Virus record (IMG/VR): IMGVR_UViG_3300029976_000110
Reading direction: 5' to 3' (one strand)
Length of the DNA: 64,000 nt
DNA from: a virus
Lineage: Duplodnaviria; Heunggongvirae; Uroviricota; Caudoviricetes
The notes beneath the pieces are model-generated. The model made no database searches, had not been told where the DNA came from, and saw nothing but the letters and a program-made list of their open reading frames with translations. Position 1 is the stretch's first letter; each line of letters begins with the position of its first letter. Made by a program: the position numbers and the translations under genes. This document shows positions 60,927 through 64,000 of this stretch, piece after piece.

Positions 60927-61313
60927 TTAAGCAACATTATAAGGCTCAAAAACAAGATAGCTGTTCTTGCCCTCACGAGAGGTCGATTCGAGGACGAAGC
61001 GATCCTTAACCTTCAGAATAATGTCCTTTGTCTCGTTGGCGTCAATGAGTTCCTCAATTCTTGCGCTTACCGCATTGCCACTAGTATAGTTAATACCATT
61101 ACCACGGCGTGCAAGCTGCGTAAATGAAACACGATAGCCCTCTTTAGAAGTAAAGCTACCCCAAGGTGCGCCACCATTGATGCCATCTTCCCTCTTAGGT
61201 TCCATTTCGCCCATTGGAAATGTCAAAACAGTTCCTTTGGCGATAGGAAGAGATTGTGCTTCACGATTGTTTGCTAACTCTTGTACCAATGAAAATTTCT
61301 CATCTTTTGTCAT
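60927..61313 (-). CDS. hypothetical protein (GC-richer; distant paralog of 62337..62669)
   Basis: Starts MTKDEKF. Contains LPIAKGTVLTF, against PIQVGEILTL in the paralog. Confidence 0.4.
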   Translation of the reverse strand: MTKDEKFSLVQELANNREAQSLPIAKGTVLTFPMGEMEPKREDGINGGAPWGSFTSKEGYRVSFTQLARRGNGINYTSGNAVSARIEELIDANETKDIILKVKDRFVLESTSREGKNSYLVFEPYNVA

Positions 61314-62221
61314 TTGTTTTTAACTTTCACTTAAAACTCTTCTTAAAAGAGATCCTCTTAGAAAGTACTGGATTTTGGTTAAAATTTAATTAGTGGAACA
61401 TTCTCTTTTAAAGTGAGAGAATATGACAACACTGGTATACCTGATTATAATTAATTTCGTCTTAATTTTCAAAGACTCGTCAGAGGTACTTTTCAGTGTT
61501 AAATATTTGAGTTTTAGTTAATTATTGTTTCATTATTTAAAAAGATAAAATTAAGATTTAATTTGAGAATAAGAGTTTTTTGTAGTGTTGGGGCTGTGGG
61601 GTGTATTTACCCACCTTTCAGCCTATCTCCAACCCAAAAATTTCGACTTTATCTGCCAACGTCAATTTGCAGATTAGCTCAATTTTTTTAAAAACAGTTT
61701 GGCGAATTTCACAATCCACCAAACCAAATCCTAAAAACCATTCAAATTATCCCGAAATCAAAAACAAAAACAAAGTTTCTTTTCACAGTCAATATTTCAG
61801 CTCGAATTTCCGATAGGAAAGTTTGAAACAGTCAAATGAAACTGACTGTAACGCTTCCATTACAACTAGTTTTATCCAATTCTTTAGTTCCAATAATCCA
61901 TTAATCTTCGAATTTGATACTCATGTATCATTAAATTGACTTTATAAGCAAATAATTGCACAAGTTTATCAAATAATGATTCATTTGTAATTGTACTTAT
62001 AGCTTTCAAGCATTGATGTATTTCTATCGAATTTAATTCATTATTTGCTTTAAGATGATTAATAGCATTAGTTATTACTGTAATTGTATCATTAGACTTT
62101 ACAGCTTCTGAAATACAGTAATTTCTTCTCTTAAAAGTTCTATTCGTTCATACTCGGTAAAAAACATTTTCTGTGTCATATTGTTTTAATTTAAAGTGTT
62201 ATTATCAAACTATTTACATAG

Positions 62222-62270
62222 GTTCGTCCAAGTCTCATCAATGATAATTTTAACGACTCCTTAGCTGTCG
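62222..62270 (-). repeat. conserved ~48-nt intergenic element, copy B
   Basis: See copy A. Lies 67 nt 3' of 62337..62669. Confidence 0.5.
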
Positions 62271-62336
62271 ATGTATTTTCTACTAAAAATAAATATGACT
62301 TACATAAAAGCAAAGGGAGCTAATGCTCCCAATGCC

Positions 62337-62669
62337 TTAAACAATTTGCCACTTATAAACGGCTTTGCGCCTGCCCTCCATTGAAGTAGCGATAAAAGAT
62401 TTTGCCGTACATTTGATTTTGCCGCCTTTTTCAATTAGGTCTGTTAAATCATCGACAGTTAAGCCCGTATTGCGTCCTATAAGTGAAGGCAATGCAATAC
62501 GTGTGCCATCTGCAAACAAAATAGGAACCCATGTTGCAGTACTATTTGAAATAGTTTCCTTTTTTGGCTCTTGTGCTTTTGAAAGGGTTAAAATTTCACC
62601 CACTTGAATGGGTGTTCCATACTCACTATTTAATGCAGTGAGTAAGTTTTTCAAATCTTGCTTTGTCAT
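62337..62669 (-). CDS. hypothetical protein (GC-richer; paralog of 60927..61313)
   Basis: 110-aa ORF starting MTKQDLK. Confidence 0.4.
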   Translation of the reverse strand: MTKQDLKNLLTALNSEYGTPIQVGEILTLSKAQEPKKETISNSTATWVPILFADGTRIALPSLIGRNTGLTVDDLTDLIEKGGKIKCTAKSFIATSMEGRRKAVYKWQIV

Positions 62670-62948
62670 ATTGTTTTTGTTTTTAATTCAAGTATGGTAG
62701 GGGGACTTTGGGGGGAAGTGTACTCGCGCCCTTCTACAACACCCATATATCACTCCCGTGTGCATATCATATTCTAATTTGAAAATTAACCTTTATCATA
62801 ATTGAACATTAAAAATATATATTCTCCCTCCTATAACTCTACTAAAATTTTTAACTCAGAGTAGGGGGGGGGAGATTAAAAAATCTATACCTAAAATAGT
62901 ATTTAAGTATATAATTCATACAATTAGCTAAACTGTTTTCCAAAATTT

Positions 62949-62999
62949 TAACCGCGAAGCGTTTAAGTATAGTTACGATTAAGTTTAGTATTAAGTTTA
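62949..62999 (+). repeat. 48-bp direct repeat, copy 1 (AAGCGTTTAAGTATAGTTACGATTAAGTTTAGTATTAAGTTTAGTTA), itself built of TTAAGT(A/T)TAGT sub-repeats
   Basis: Near-identical copy at 63925..63975. The pair flanks the plus-strand gene 63149..63871. Confidence 0.6.
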
Positions 63000-63006
63000 G
63001 TTAGGT

Positions 63007-63075
63007 GTCAACTGGTAGCGAGATTGTATCAACTGGTAGTGAATATATGTCAACTGGTAGCGAGATTGTATCACC
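63007..63075 (+). promoter_or_regulatory. three iterons TCAACTGGTAG(C/T)GA spaced 22 and 20 bp (operator or origin-like)
   Basis: GTCAACTGGTAGCGAGATTGTA / TCAACTGGTAGTGAATATAT / GTCAACTGGTAGCGAGATTGTA, 70 to 140 bp upstream of the HTH gene, in the strand-switch region. Confidence 0.5.
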
Positions 63076-63148
63076 ATATAGTTTTAACAAATTTTATTTG
63101 GAATTATGATATTAAATTGTTATATTTGTAATATAATAAATTTGAAGT

Positions 63149-63871
63149 ATGGAAAAAGAAACATTAAAACAACACGTACAGCTTCCAAATAAAATGGGAG
63201 AAAATGATCTATCCCCAAAGGATCAATTAATTTATCTAAGTATTAGAAGATTTATGAATAGTCAAACTAAGATTGCCTATCCCTCATTATCAAAAATTAG
63301 TGAAATTTCTGGAGCAAGTATTAATACCATTAGACAAAGTATTAAAACTTTAGAGTCAAAAGATTATTTTAAGGTAATAAAAGAGGGTCGTTCTCAGAAA
63401 TACCTATTTAATGAACTTAAAAAATTTGAGCCATTTTCTTATGACTTTTTAGATAAACCAGATCTTACTTTTACAGAAAAATCTTACATAGTAGCATCAC
63501 AACAGTATATGTACACAGACATAGAAGGAGTAGGTAAAATATCTTATTCCAATAAAGAACTATCCGAAAAAATTAATATGCCAGAAGCAACCATATCAAA
63601 AACAAATAGATCTTTAGTAAGAAAAAATTATCTTACTTTAATTAAGAATGAATCTAGAAATATAGAATCTGGATGTAAAACAGATACTAAATTATTTAAT
63701 CTTAATGAACTTGGACAAGCCGTTATTTGGGTTCTTAAAAATCATGAGGACAGAATTACTGATAACGAAGATCGTATAACTAAGTTAGAACAAACTGTCG
63801 AATCTCAGAATAAACTTATTCAGTCCCTTTTAAAAGAAAGAGAGACATCCAAAATTGAATATATTGTGTAA
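63149..63871 (+). CDS. double winged-helix/HTH DNA-binding protein (replication-initiator- or regulator-like)
   Basis: Two HTH-like segments (LSKISEISGASINTIRQSIKTLES and LSEKINMPEATISKTNRSLVRKNYL) plus a C-terminal coiled coil. The only substantial plus-strand gene in the window. Confidence 0.45.
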   Translation: MEKETLKQHVQLPNKMGENDLSPKDQLIYLSIRRFMNSQTKIAYPSLSKISEISGASINTIRQSIKTLESKDYFKVIKEGRSQKYLFNELKKFEPFSYDFLDKPDLTFTEKSYIVASQQYMYTDIEGVGKISYSNKELSEKINMPEATISKTNRSLVRKNYLTLIKNESRNIESGCKTDTKLFNLNELGQAVIWVLKNHEDRITDNEDRITKLEQTVESQNKLIQSLLKERETSKIEYIV

Positions 63872-63924
63872 ATAACAAATCTTTAACTATTATTAGTTAA
63901 GCTGAAGACTTTAATTTATAGCTA

Positions 63925-63975
63925 CAAGCGTTTAAGTATAGTTACGATTAAGTATAGTATTAAGTATAGTTAGTT
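63925..63975 (+). repeat. 48-bp direct repeat, copy 2
   Basis: AAGCGTTTAAGTATAGTTACGATTAAGTATAGTATTAAGTATAGTTAGTT, 2 mismatches relative to copy 1. Confidence 0.6.
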
Positions 63976-64000
63976 GAAAAAATGTGCGCAGATTGTGAAA

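Noticed and set aside
1-64000. CRISPR arrays, integrase/attachment sites, rRNA genes
   Set aside because: No regularly spaced direct repeats with unique spacers were found. No tyrosine or serine recombinase motifs were seen in any ORF. No rRNA-like conserved stretches were found.

Overview
AT-rich (~32% GC), gene-dense window with almost every gene on the minus strand. It is the nucleotide-metabolism/replication module of a large virulent dsDNA phage, probably of a Bacteroidetes-type host. Replication genes: family-A DNA polymerase, DnaG-like primase, DnaB-like helicase, SF2 helicase, P-loop ATPase, putative SSB, ATP-dependent DNA ligase, RNase H. Nucleotide metabolism: dUTPase, anaerobic RNR NrdD with activase NrdG, thioredoxin-like redoxin. 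Other genes: sigma-70 factor, metallophosphoesterases, HAD phosphatase. An RNA-repair set is present: Pnk-type kinase, Rnl2-type RNA ligase, vWA protein. Four canonical tRNAs are present (Leu-UAA, Arg-UCU, Met-CAU, Gln-UUG). Four group I introns can be read directly from the sequence, and they share conserved blocks (an R/S core and a 5' block). Two of them, one with an internal ORF and one ORF-less, split the DNA polymerase into three exons. One splits nrdD. One carries a LAGLIDADG homing endonuclease and splits a small HExxH gene. A free-standing HNH endonuclease lies next to a degenerate intron-like core. A Ro60/TROVE-vWA (Rsr-like) gene has a non-decoding tRNA-like RNA immediately downstream (YrlA/Y-RNA-like), and a second tRNA-like element lies 3 kb away. 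Accessory cargo: a flotillin-NfeD operon, an OmpA-family outer-membrane protein, a lipoprotein, an OmpR-type wHTH protein, a two-amidoligase + GAT-II + GATase1 modification cluster, a glucosaminidase, and a Met-repeat protein. At the 3' end of the window, triple iterons and a flanking 48-bp direct repeat surround a plus-strand double-HTH gene. No CRISPR array or integrase was seen. All coordinates and motif calls are by eye from the sequence and ORF track. Splice sites are predicted from P1/P10 pairing and protein-motif continuity and have not been folded computationally.
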